Source: Candidatus Hydrogenedentota bacterium | GTDB taxonomy: Bacteria; Hydrogenedentota; Hydrogenedentia; Hydrogenedentales; SLHB01 | DNA length: 64,000 bases | Direction of reading: 5' to 3' | Assembly: GCA_029974275.1 (NCBI GenBank) | Contig: JARKSN010000288.1 | Span: 14,231-78,230, forward strand | Shown: one piece after another, positions 29,832 to 38,691 of the stretch | Layout of the letters: each line of letters starts with the position of its first letter | How positions within the stretch are numbered: the stretch's first letter is position 1 | Made by a program: the position numbers and the translations under genes | Notes under the pieces: model-generated | The model's database searches: none | Told to the model about the DNA's origin: nothing | The model's input: only the letters and a program-made list of their open reading frames with translations

Positions 29832-30851
29832 TTAGTTGCCCAGATAATTTTCCGGATCAACCGCGACGCCGCTGAGGCGCACTTCGTAGTGACAGTGATT
29901 TCCGGTGCTGCGGCCCGTGCTTCCCACCAAGCCGATCACGTCGCCGCGCCCCACTTCCTGCCCCGGCTTGGCAAGACGCTCGCTCATGTGACCGTACAAC
30001 GTCTCGAATCCGTCTCCGTGACGGATAACCACAACATTGCCGTAGTCGCCGTCGTAGGCGGACGTGACGACGACGCCGCGCGCGACGGCATAAATCTTGG
30101 TCCCGTACGGCGCGCGAATATCGAGGCCTTCATGCCGCGAAAGCCGATGCGTGAACGGATCGAAACGCAGGCCGAACCCCGAACTGATCTGGCGTTGGCG
30201 GCTGAGAACGGGCCAGCCAAGCGGCGTGCGTTCGATCCGATCGCGCTTGGCGTCCATCGCGGTCAACAACTCGCGCAAACTCTCCGTGCGCAGATTGATT
30301 TCCTGAATGATGAGATCCGCCGGGGGCCGGGAAAGACCGTAGATAAGCTGCGGCGGCCCCATCATATCGTCCGATGCCGTCTGCGCCGGCAACGGACCGC
30401 CGCCGTCCAACGGACCGCCCTTGCCGTTGTTCTCTTTCCCGGGAGTCATGTTCATCATGACGCCGTACGGATGCTTGATCTTGGGCGGAAGCTTCTGCAC
30501 CCGGCGAATGCTATCCTCCAAATCGCGCAATTCGCTCAATTCGCGAGCAACCACCGCATTCTGCTCTTCGTACTCGGCCCGGACCCGGCGCTCGATTTCC
30601 GCGCGTTCTTCGTCGGTGAGACCCGTCGTTGTCGCAGGCGCTTCGGAGCGCGCCCGAGCCAATTCGTGATTGCTCTTTTCCAGAATGCGCGCATGCGTCT
30701 GCGCCGCTTGAAACCATTGGAAGAAAAACGCCGACGTAAACGCCAGCCCGAGGAGAATGACAATGAATAGCCACAGTTGAAACGAGTACAAGTGGAGCGT
30801 TCGCGTAACCCCTTGGCCTTGGGGGACGAGCATGACGGTCCATTTCTTCAT
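29832..30851 (-). CDS. M23 family metallopeptidase (LytM/murein DD-endopeptidase-like), membrane-anchored with coiled-coil
   Basis: 339 aa. N-terminal TM, coiled-coil, and C-terminal M23 domain (HxxxD...GDVIGLVGSTGRSTGNHCHYEV). Confidence 0.85.
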   Translation of the reverse strand: MKKWTVMLVPQGQGVTRTLHLYSFQLWLFIVILLGLAFTSAFFFQWFQAAQTHARILEKSNHELARARSEAPATTTGLTDEERAEIERRVRAEYEEQNAVVARELSELRDLEDSIRRVQKLPPKIKHPYGVMMNMTPGKENNGKGGPLDGGGPLPAQTASDDMMGPPQLIYGLSRPPADLIIQEINLRTESLRELLTAMDAKRDRIERTPLGWPVLSRQRQISSGFGLRFDPFTHRLSRHEGLDIRAPYGTKIYAVARGVVVTSAYDGDYGNVVVIRHGDGFETLYGHMSERLAKPGQEVGRGDVIGLVGSTGRSTGNHCHYEVRLSGVAVDPENYLGN

Positions 30852-31141
30852 CGTAGGCGGTCTCTCCAGGAGCGCCGCTCCTCGCGGGGAAACTATCCGG
30901 GCTCCGGATAGACTTCTTTCGGACCCATCCGCGCGGAACGGCGCTTGCCCTTCCTATACGACAGGTTCCCGAACTCCCCCTCGAGGCACAAACTTCTATA
31001 CCAGAAGTTCCCCGATGGCGCTCCTTTGTCGGCACATCCAAAGCCGCACCTTGGACATGCTTTCCTTCCACGTTGGAAGAACGACAGGTGCTCTTGTCTT
31101 TATACCTGCATCGCGTCTTGGGTTCCCGCCCAAGACGCCGG

Positions 31142-31170
31142 ACTATACCACGACCTCGCGCTCAAGTCAA
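31142..31170 (-). promoter_or_regulatory. Strong sigma70-like promoter (TTGACT-17-TATAGT) for M23 peptidase-bactofilin-U32 operon
   Basis: Minus strand reads TTGACTTGAGCGCGAGGTCGTGGTATAGT. An AT-rich UP-like tract lies immediately upstream (31171-31225). Predicted TSS ~31135, about 285 nt upstream of the ATG at 30851. Confidence 0.5.
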
Positions 31171-31225
31171 CCCCAAAAGCGCTTATATGTAATGAAATAA
31201 TAGCAATAATTGAAATAATTTATTT
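31171..31225 (-). promoter_or_regulatory. AT-rich UP-element-like tract (~85% AT over ~50 bp in a 65% GC genome)
   Basis: ttatatgtaatgaaataatagcaataattgaaataatttattttttg lies directly upstream of the -35 hexamer. Confidence 0.4.
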
Positions 31226-31252
31226 TTTGCGGCCTATACAATACGGATGTAT

Positions 31253-31828
31253 TCAGCTTTTCGCGGGCGTCATGCTATCGGAAAAGCCTGTAACGAACAT
31301 TTCCACGAAATGCTCGGGGCGTTTGTCTGGATAGCGCCGCCGGTTGAAGACCTCGACCAACCGCGCATAGTCTTCCTGGTGCGCGGAATCCGCCGTATAC
31401 AACGCATACAACGGCCCTGTCTCGTAGAGACCGTCCCGATGCCGGGGACAGCCCACATCCGTATGAAGACTGAACGCCTTGAATGCGCCCGCGCGCGTTT
31501 CGTGCAGCTTGAACGGATACAAGCGGCACAAGATGGGGCGCGCCTCGTAGGCGGTGCAAAATCGCGTCTTCGGGTGCAAAAAGTAGCATCCCTTTTTACC
31601 GCGCCGCAATGCCATGATATAGCGCTTCCCCTGGCAATCGAGCCACGTCGGGTCGCTCTTGTTGACGCCGGTGACATCTTCCGGAGTCAAAAACGCCAAA
31701 AAGGCATAGGGGTTTTGGCCGGTCTGCTTGACGATGCGGATGACGTCCCACGGGGTGGGCAGACACACCACATCGGTGCAACAGTGGCCGCAGTGATGAC
31801 AGCGAAAATGGACGGTATGCGTTCCCAT
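31253..31828 (-). CDS. YkgJ family (UPF0153) putative Fe-S/zinc-binding protein, CxxCxxCC motif
   Basis: 191 aa. MGTHTVHFRCHHCGHCCTDVV... N-terminal Cys cluster, plus CYFLHPKTRFCTAYEARPILCRLYP characteristic of PF03692. Confidence 0.7.
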   Translation of the reverse strand: MGTHTVHFRCHHCGHCCTDVVCLPTPWDVIRIVKQTGQNPYAFLAFLTPEDVTGVNKSDPTWLDCQGKRYIMALRRGKKGCYFLHPKTRFCTAYEARPILCRLYPFKLHETRAGAFKAFSLHTDVGCPRHRDGLYETGPLYALYTADSAHQEDYARLVEVFNRRRYPDKRPEHFVEMFVTGFSDSMTPAKS

Positions 31829-32377
31829 GGCGCCAAACGATACCGGTTTTGACTTCGCGGCGCAAGAGAAATGTGCAGGACCGGGGCGCGGCAGGCAAGG
31901 GGGCTTTTATTGCTCCCGAAGGTTCGGTATACTCGGCAGGTTCGTGCGTGGGGGCCGTTGCCCGCGATGAAACGTTTGCCGAAGACAGAGGTCTCGCGGA
32001 ACATCGTGTTGGAGCAAATCGCTCCCGCTGCGCCCCAATGCTTGAACGGGAGCGCATCCAGGTCGTCCGTCCGAGCAATGCGAAAAATGCGCGATTGCCT
32101 CGCTGTAGGGGCCGCAGGAGCCAATAAGCATCCCGGAGCGGGTTTCCCCGCGAGCAGGGCGGGCAAGTCGCGCTTTCCAGGCCAGGCCTCTGGAAATCCT
32201 TCCTTTTCCTGCGGTTATGGAGGGAATGCCGACGGTTGATCGCTTGTTGCCCCTATGCGCACGATCGTATCAAAAAGCGCGGGCGAGGAAAGGGAAACCG
32301 CCCCTCCGGGAGATGTTTCGCCGGGAACAAGGATAAGCGGAGTCTACACCCCCCCCAAAAGGAAGTAGAGGTAGTCC

Positions 32378-33916
32378 ATGCCGTCCGTTGCGGGTTCAAA
32401 TCAAGAGAACGCCGATGCGCGCGCCCAAAAGCCGCCTTCGGGAAACGACACGTACTCCGGAACGCGCGTGGAGCAGAGCACGCGCGAACTCGAGGAGCTT
32501 GCCAATCAGCAGTACAAGCACGGTTGGGTGACGGAGATTGAGCAGGACGTTATCGAGCGCGGTTTGACGGAGGACACGGTTCGGCTAATTTCTGCCAAAA
32601 AGGAAGAACCGGAGTGGTTGCTCGAGTGGCGGTTGAAGGCGTTCCGGCATTGGCAGACGATGACCGAACCGACGTGGGCGAATGTCCACTATCCCGCCAT
32701 CGACTACCAGCATCAGCGCTACTACGCTGCGCCGAAGCGCAAGGCCGCGCCGCTGAGCAGTCTCGATGACGTCGACCAAAAACTGCTCCAGACGTTCGAC
32801 AAACTGGGCATTCCGCTGGAGGAACAAAAACGGTTGTCGGGCGTGGCGGTCGACGCGGTGTTCGACAGCGTGTCCGTTGCCACGACCCACAAGGACATCC
32901 TTGCGAAAAAGGGGATTATCTTCTGTTCCTTCTCCGAAGCCGTGAAGGAACATCCGGACTTGGTGCGCGAGCATCTGGGATCGGTGGTGCCGTATGCCGA
33001 CAATTTTTTCGCGGCGTTGAACTCGGCTGTCTTCAGCGACGGATCGTTCTGTTTCGTGCCGAAGGGCGTAAAGTGCCCGATGGATTTGTCCACGTATTTC
33101 CGCATCAACGCTGCGGAGACCGGTCAGTTCGAGCGCACGCTCATCGTCGCCGCGGAGGGCGCTTCGGTGAACTACCTTGAAGGCTGCACGGCGCCGCAAC
33201 GCGACGAGAATCAATTGCACGCGGCGGTCGTCGAGTTGGTCGCGCTGGACGATGCGACGATCAACTACTCGACCGTGCAGAACTGGTATGCGGGCGATAG
33301 GGACGGCAAGGGCGGCATCTACAATTTCGTGACGAAGCGCGGCAAGTGCGCCGGGCGCAATTCACATATCTCGTGGACGCAGGTGGAGACGGGTTCCGCG
33401 ATCACCTGGAAATACCCCGGCTGCCTCCTGCAGGGCGAGAACTCGATTGGCGAATTTTATTCGGTGGCGTTGAGCACGAATTACCAACAGGCCGACACCG
33501 GCACGAAGATGATCCATCTCGGCGCGAACACGCGCAGCACGGTGATCTCGAAAACCATCTCTGCGCGCAACGGCAACAACAGCTACCGCGGCCAGATCAA
33601 GGTCATGCCGAAGGCCCACAACGCGCGCAACTACACGCAATGCGATTCGCTCCTCATCGGCGATCAATGCGGCGCGCACACGTTCCCGTATATCGAGGTG
33701 AAAAACCCGACGGCGCATGTAGAACACGAGGCCTCGACCTCAAAGATCAGCGAAGACCAATTGTTCTACTGCAAGCAACGCGGCATCAGCCAAGAAGACG
33801 CGATATCGATGGTGATTAACGGTTTTTGCAAAGAAGTGTTCGAGCACCTGCCGATGGAGTTTGCCGTCGAAGCCACCAAGTTGCTCGGAGTCAGTCTGGA
33901 AGGGAGTGTCGGCTAA
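32378..33916 (+). CDS. sufB: Fe-S cluster assembly protein SufB
   Basis: 512 aa. Canonical SufB (..[40 protein letters not shown]...). Confidence 0.95.
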   Translation: MPSVAGSNQENADARAQKPPSGNDTYSGTRVEQSTRELEELANQQYKHGWVTEIEQDVIERGLTEDTVRLISAKKEEPEWLLEWRLKAFRHWQTMTEPTWANVHYPAIDYQHQRYYAAPKRKAAPLSSLDDVDQKLLQTFDKLGIPLEEQKRLSGVAVDAVFDSVSVATTHKDILAKKGIIFCSFSEAVKEHPDLVREHLGSVVPYADNFFAALNSAVFSDGSFCFVPKGVKCPMDLSTYFRINAAETGQFERTLIVAAEGASVNYLEGCTAPQRDENQLHAAVVELVALDDATINYSTVQNWYAGDRDGKGGIYNFVTKRGKCAGRNSHISWTQVETGSAITWKYPGCLLQGENSIGEFYSVALSTNYQQADTGTKMIHLGANTRSTVISKTISARNGNNSYRGQIKVMPKAHNARNYTQCDSLLIGDQCGAHTFPYIEVKNPTAHVEHEASTSKISEDQLFYCKQRGISQEDAISMVINGFCKEVFEHLPMEFAVEATKLLGVSLEGSVG

Positions 33917-34671
33917 TGCTTGAAATCAAGAACTTGCATGCGACCGTCGAAGGAAACGAAATCCTGCGCGGCGTCAACCTCACCGTGAACGCGGGCGAGA
34001 CGCACGCCATCATGGGGCCGAACGGTTCGGGCAAGAGCACGCTTGCGGGCGTGCTGGCCGGCAACGAGGCGTATGACGTGACCGACGGCAGCGTGTCGTT
34101 TTTGGGCCGCGACCTGCTCGAACTGCCCGCGGAAGAGCGCGCGCGGTTGGGGTTGTTTCTGGCGTTTCAGTATCCCGTGGAGATTCCGGGCATTTCGAAT
34201 GCCTATTTCCTGCAGGCGGCGCTGAATGAGATTCGCAAGAGCAATGGCCTCGACGAACTCGACGCAATGGAGTTCCGCGAGTTTCTTGAAGAGAAGATGG
34301 ACTTCGTCAAAATAGACAGGAAATTCGCGGATCGCCCCGTGAATGAGGGTTTTTCCGGCGGCGAGAAGAAGCGCAACGAGATCTTGCAGATGGCCGTGCT
34401 GGAACCGAAACTGGCGATCCTCGACGAGACGGATTCCGGGCTCGACATCGACGCGCTGCGCATCGTGTCCGAAGGCGTGAACAAGTTGCGCTCGGAAAAC
34501 CGCGCCGTCGTGATGGTGACGCACTATCAGCGGTTGCTGAGCTATATCGTGCCGGATTTTGTCCACGTGCTGTACAAAGGACGGATCGTCAAGTCCGGCG
34601 GGAAGGATCTGGCCCTCGAACTTGAAGAAAAGGGCTACGATTGGATCAAAGAAGAAGTCGCGGCAGTTTGA
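33916..34671 (+). CDS. sufC: Fe-S cluster assembly ATPase SufC
   Basis: Start [11 protein letters not shown] overlaps the sufB stop (TAATG). Walker [13 protein letters not shown] signature FSGGEKKR. Confidence 0.95.
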   Translation: MLEIKNLHATVEGNEILRGVNLTVNAGETHAIMGPNGSGKSTLAGVLAGNEAYDVTDGSVSFLGRDLLELPAEERARLGLFLAFQYPVEIPGISNAYFLQAALNEIRKSNGLDELDAMEFREFLEEKMDFVKIDRKFADRPVNEGFSGGEKKRNEILQMAVLEPKLAILDETDSGLDIDALRIVSEGVNKLRSENRAVVMVTHYQRLLSYIVPDFVHVLYKGRIVKSGGKDLALELEEKGYDWIKEEVAAV

Positions 34672-34806
34672 CTTCTTCTCTGCGACCTTAGCGCGCTCTG
34701 CGACTCTGCGTTCAAAAATCTCAACGCAGAGATGCAGAGAACGCAAAGGCCGCAGAGGGAAGAATCTGTTGTTGTATTCTTCTCCATGATTTCTTGGAGT
34801 TTATAC
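34672..34806. repeat. Family-2 low-GC palindromic element, copy 2a (sufC-sufD intergenic)
   Basis: TCTGCGACTCTGCGTT...AACGCAGAGATGCAGA inverted repeat plus GCCGCAGAGGGAAGAATCTGTTGTTGTATTCTTCTCC. Homologous to the elements at 36133 and 54110. Confidence 0.7.
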
Positions 34807-36132
34807 ATGACCGAAGTGAAGAATCCCGAGCAAAAACAAGCGTATCTCACGGCCATTAATGCCCTGGCGCAGACACAAGCGCCAGAGTGGGCGGGGGCGT
34901 TGCGCAGGAGCGGTGCGGAACGTTTTGCCGAGTTGCCGTTCCCGGATCGACGGCAGGAAGAGTGGCGCTTCACCAACATCGCGCCCATCCTGAAGATGCC
35001 GTTCGCGCCCGTTGCGGCAAGCGCGCCATCGATTGGCAACGGCGACATTGCCCCGTTCTTGTATCACGAAGCAGCTTGGGCGGAATTGGTCTTTGTAGAC
35101 GGCCGTTACAACGCCGCGTTGTCGCGCACGGTCTCGCTGCCGAAGGGCATGTACGCCGGAAGTCTGGCCGAGGCGATCCGCGACGAACATCCTGTCGCAA
35201 AAGAACACCTGGGTCACTACGCGGGGAATGGCGTGTCGACCGTCTTTACCGCTCTGAACACCGCATTGTTTCAAGACGGCGCGTTTGTCTACGCGCCGAA
35301 GGGCGTCGCCCTCGAAGCGCCGGTGCATCTTGTGTTTGTAGCGACTTCGGCGGCGGCGGGCAAGACGGCGAACCCGCGCAATTTGATCGTCTTGGACGAA
35401 TCCGCCGAACTGAAGCTGATCGAGAGCTGCGTGTCGGCCGTGAACGACGCCGCCTATTTCGCCAACGCCGTAACCGAGACCTCGATCGGGGAGAACGCCG
35501 CGCTCTATCGCGTCAAGTTCGTCGATGAAGCGCCGAATGCCTTCCATCTGGCCACGGCACGCGTGCGCCAGGCTCGGAACAGCCGCTACACGTCCTATGT
35601 GTTTACCGCTGGCGGACGTATTGTGCGCAACGAGGACAAGGCATTGCTCGACGGCGAGGGCGCGGACTGTTCGCTGAACGGGCTCTACATGACCGACGGT
35701 TCGATGCTGGCCGACAACGCGACCGGCATCGATCATGCCAAGCCGCATTGCACCAGTTGGATTGGCTACAAGGGCATTCTCGCCGATGCGAGCGCCGGCG
35801 TGTTCAGCGGCGGCATCCGGGTGCAGCGCGGAGCCCAGAAGACGAGTTCGCAGCAGCTCAACCGCAATCTGCTGCTATCGGACAAGGCGACGGTCGACAC
35901 GAAACCCTTGCTGGAGATTTTCGCCGACGACGTGAAATGCACGCACGGCGCGACCATCGGCCAGCCGCCGAAGGAGCTGGTGTATTATTTCCAGACGCGC
36001 GGGATGAGCCCCGAAACCGCACGCGGCATCTTGACCTATGGCTTCGCGGACGAAATCGTCGCGCAGCTAACGATGGAGCCGGTGCGTGCACGGTTGGATC
36101 GCTTGGTGTTTGACAAGTACAGCCCAAAATGA
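34807..36132 (+). CDS. sufD: Fe-S cluster assembly protein SufD
   Basis: Start MTEVKNPEQKQ. SufB/SufD beta-helix C-domain. Confidence 0.9.
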   Translation: MTEVKNPEQKQAYLTAINALAQTQAPEWAGALRRSGAERFAELPFPDRRQEEWRFTNIAPILKMPFAPVAASAPSIGNGDIAPFLYHEAAWAELVFVDGRYNAALSRTVSLPKGMYAGSLAEAIRDEHPVAKEHLGHYAGNGVSTVFTALNTALFQDGAFVYAPKGVALEAPVHLVFVATSAAAGKTANPRNLIVLDESAELKLIESCVSAVNDAAYFANAVTETSIGENAALYRVKFVDEAPNAFHLATARVRQARNSRYTSYVFTAGGRIVRNEDKALLDGEGADCSLNGLYMTDGSMLADNATGIDHAKPHCTSWIGYKGILADASAGVFSGGIRVQRGAQKTSSQQLNRNLLLSDKATVDTKPLLEIFADDVKCTHGATIGQPPKELVYYFQTRGMSPETARGILTYGFADEIVAQLTMEPVRARLDRLVFDKYSPK

Positions 36133-36343
36133 ACGATGATACGCGGCTGTTAGAAATGAAAGAACGGATTTAACACAAAGACACAAAGGATGAAAGAATT
36201 GGACGCAGAGGCCGCAGAGAAAGTTAAATGACTTTCATCTGTGTTTATCTGTGTGATCTGTAATTGATTTCTTCCTCTTCCCTTTGTGAGTCTCTGTGTC
36301 CTTTGTGCCTTTGTGGTGAATCTTAAAAACGAAAGGTGTTGCC
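36133..36343. repeat. Family-2 low-GC MITE-like element with terminal inverted repeats, copy 2b (sufD-sufS intergenic)
   Basis: Left arm AACACAAAGACACAAAGGATGAAAGA and right arm TCTGTGTCCTTTGTGCCTTTGTGGTGAATCTTAA are inverted. The internal GACGCAGAGGCCGCAGAGAAAG is shared with copies 2a and 2c. Confidence 0.7.
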
Positions 36344-37567
36344 TTGACGGAATTGGATGTCGAGCGCATTCGCAAAGACTTCCCCGCGTTGCATCTGACC
36401 GTGGGCGGAAAGTCATTGGTCTATCTTGATAACGCCGCGACGAGTCAGAAGCCGCAGGCGGTCATTGACGCGGTGACGCGGTACTACGCCGAACAGAACG
36501 CGAATGTGCATCGCGGCGTGCATTACTTGAGCGAGCTTGCGACAGATCTCTATGAGAAGTCTCGCAAGAAGGTCCAGAAATTTCTCAATGCCCCGTTGAC
36601 GTGCGAGATCATTTTTACTCGCGGCGCGACAGAGGGCATCAATCTTGTCGCGCAGACTTACGGCCGCGCCCATGTCGGCGCAGGCGATGAAGTCCTGATC
36701 TCCGCGATGGAACACCATAGCAACATCGTGCCGTGGCAGATGCTGTGCGAGGAAAAAGGCGCAACGTTGCGCGTGATTCCGATGAACGACGCGGGCGAAT
36801 TGCTGGTCGAGGAATTTGAGAAGCTGCTCACCCCACGCACGAAGATGGTGGGCCTTTCGCATGTCTCGAACGCATTGGGCACGGTTAATCCGGTCAAGAA
36901 AATGATCGCGATGGCGCACGCCAATGGAACCCCGGTGTTGGTGGATGGCGCGCAGTCGGCCCCGCACGTGCCGATCGATGTCCAAGATATCGATTGCGAC
37001 TTCTTCGTCTGTTCGGGGCACAAAATGTGCGGCCCGACCGGCATCGGCGTTTTGTTTGGCAAGGCGCCTCGGCTGGATGCCATGCCGCCGTATCAAGGCG
37101 GCGGCGACATGATTTTGTCGGTGACCTTCGAGAAGACGATATTCAATTCGCTGCCGTACAAATTCGAGGCAGGCACGCCGCACATCGAAGGCGCGATCGG
37201 GCTCGGCGTCGCGGTGGATTATCTCGCCGAACTCGGGATGGAGCGGATTGCGAAGTGGGAGGACGAACTCCTCGAATACGGCACGCGCCTGTTGTCGAAC
37301 ATCGACGGCGTTCGACGTATCGGCACAGCGCCTCACAGAGCGGCGGTGTTATCGTTTACAATGGACTGTGCGCACCCGCATGACATTGGACAGATATTCA
37401 GCGACAACGGCGTGGCCATTCGCGCGGGGCACCATTGTGCACAACCGGTGATGCAGCGTTTTGGCGTGCCGGCGACCGCGCGTATTTCGCTTGCGTTTTA
37501 CAATACCAAGGCTGATCTTGACGCCGCCGCCGCGGCGGCGGAAGCAGTAAAGAAGGTGTTTGACTGA
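36344..37567 (+). CDS. sufS: Cysteine desulfurase SufS (group II)
   Basis: 407 aa. Probable TTG start with AAGGTG RBS. PLP-Lys region, HK motif, active-site C in ...SGHKMCGPTG.... Confidence 0.9.
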   Translation: MTELDVERIRKDFPALHLTVGGKSLVYLDNAATSQKPQAVIDAVTRYYAEQNANVHRGVHYLSELATDLYEKSRKKVQKFLNAPLTCEIIFTRGATEGINLVAQTYGRAHVGAGDEVLISAMEHHSNIVPWQMLCEEKGATLRVIPMNDAGELLVEEFEKLLTPRTKMVGLSHVSNALGTVNPVKKMIAMAHANGTPVLVDGAQSAPHVPIDVQDIDCDFFVCSGHKMCGPTGIGVLFGKAPRLDAMPPYQGGGDMILSVTFEKTIFNSLPYKFEAGTPHIEGAIGLGVAVDYLAELGMERIAKWEDELLEYGTRLLSNIDGVRRIGTAPHRAAVLSFTMDCAHPHDIGQIFSDNGVAIRAGHHCAQPVMQRFGVPATARISLAFYNTKADLDAAAAAAEAVKKVFD

Positions 37568-38019
37568 TGGCTGAGAACAGGGCCCTATACGAGCAGGTTA
37601 TCCTGGAACACAACAAAAGCCCGCGCAATTTTCGCGAGATGACCTGTGCCGATTGCAAAGCCGACGGTTTCAATCCTTTATGCGGCGACCAGTTCACGAT
37701 CTACTTGAAGTTCGAGGACGACAAGATCGTCGACGTCAGCTTCAAAGGGTGCGGGTGCGCGATCAGCAAGTCCTCCGCATCGATCATGACGACTTTGCTC
37801 AAGGGAAAAACCAAGAAAGAGGCCGAATCCCTTTTCGTCAAATTCCACGCCCTCGTCACGTCCGAACCCGACGCGCCCGTCAACGCCGAAGACCTGGGCC
37901 GCTTGGCCGTGTTCTGCGGCGTGCGCGAATACCCCGTGCGCATCAAATGCGCCACCCTCGCCTGGCACACCATGCTCGCCGCTCTCGACGGCAAGGGCGA
38001 TCCCATATCGACGGAATGA
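37567..38019 (+). CDS. sufU: SUF system Fe-S scaffold, NifU/IscU-like (SufU)
   Basis: 150 aa. Three conserved Cys (NPLCGD, GCGCAIS, IKCATLAW). Overlaps sufS stop (TGATG). Confidence 0.85.
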   Translation: MAENRALYEQVILEHNKSPRNFREMTCADCKADGFNPLCGDQFTIYLKFEDDKIVDVSFKGCGCAISKSSASIMTTLLKGKTKKEAESLFVKFHALVTSEPDAPVNAEDLGRLAVFCGVREYPVRIKCATLAWHTMLAALDGKGDPISTE

Positions 38020-38691
38020 TTACGGACGGGACTCCCCCGCCGCGGCAGGATCAAGAAACCATTCGGCGTCCGCGAGTTGGCCCGCGGGCAATTCGCCCCG
38101 TTGGACGCGCGCCAAGGCCGCTGCCTTGTCCGCGCCCGCGACCAGGAACCATCGACGCCGCGCGGCGCGCAGCAACGGGAACGTCATCGTCACGCGGCGC
38201 ACAGCCCGCTGCGGAACCTCGTTGAAAACAACCAGTCGCGCCGCTTCGTCCAGCGCTGCCGAATTCGGAAAAAGCGAGGCCGTATGCCCGTCCGCGCCCA
38301 TGCCTAAAAAAACGAAATCGAGCGCGGGACATCCATCCGGTCCCTCGGGAACACGGTCGCGCAGCAGGCGCTCATATGCCTCGGCGGCCGTATCGCGCTC
38401 GACCTCGATGCGGTGCGCGACGATTCCGTTCTCGCGGGCAAGCAGTTCCGCGGCGATCAGGCGCCAGTTCGAGTCCTCATGATCGGGCGGCACGCAGCGC
38501 TCGTCCACTTGCCATATCTCGACCCGCTCCCACGGCACGGCGCCGCGAAATTCCGTCGCCAGCAAGCGAAACAACTGCCGGGGCGTGGAACCGCCCGACA
38601 AGGCCACGTGGACCCGTCCATCGCGCGGCAGTTCCGCCGCAAACCGTTCCGCAAGCGCCCGCGCGGGATCATCCGCAACGTGCAGGTTCAT
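38020..38691 (-). CDS. pgl: 6-phosphogluconolactonase
   Basis: ORF 38020..38823(-). Start MNLHVADDP overlaps the zwf stop (ATGA). GSTP...WQVDERCV...GMGADGHTASLFP signature. Confidence 0.8.
   Translation of the reverse strand: MNLHVADDPARALAERFAAELPRDGRVHVALSGGSTPRQLFRLLATEFRGAVPWERVEIWQVDERCVPPDHEDSNWRLIAAELLARENGIVAHRIEVERDTAAEAYERLLRDRVPEGPDGCPALDFVFLGMGADGHTASLFPNSAALDEAARLVVFNEVPQRAVRRVTMTFPLLRAARRRWFLVAGADKAAALARVQRGELPAGQLADAEWFLDPAAAGESRP

Noticed and set aside
30852-31140. Calling the M23 leader a ydaO/c-di-AMP riboswitch
   Set aside because: The context is suggestive, but I could not align the conserved ydaO segments (ACGGGGAGCC, GGUGAAUC, CCGAA pairing) convincingly by eye. It is left as a candidate only.
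31980-32110. Possible SRP RNA (ffs) because of CCAGGTC and GCAGGAGCCAATAAG words
   Set aside because: It does not match the conserved domain IV consensus (CCAGGUCAGGUCCGGAAGGAAGCAGCC) beyond a few nucleotides.
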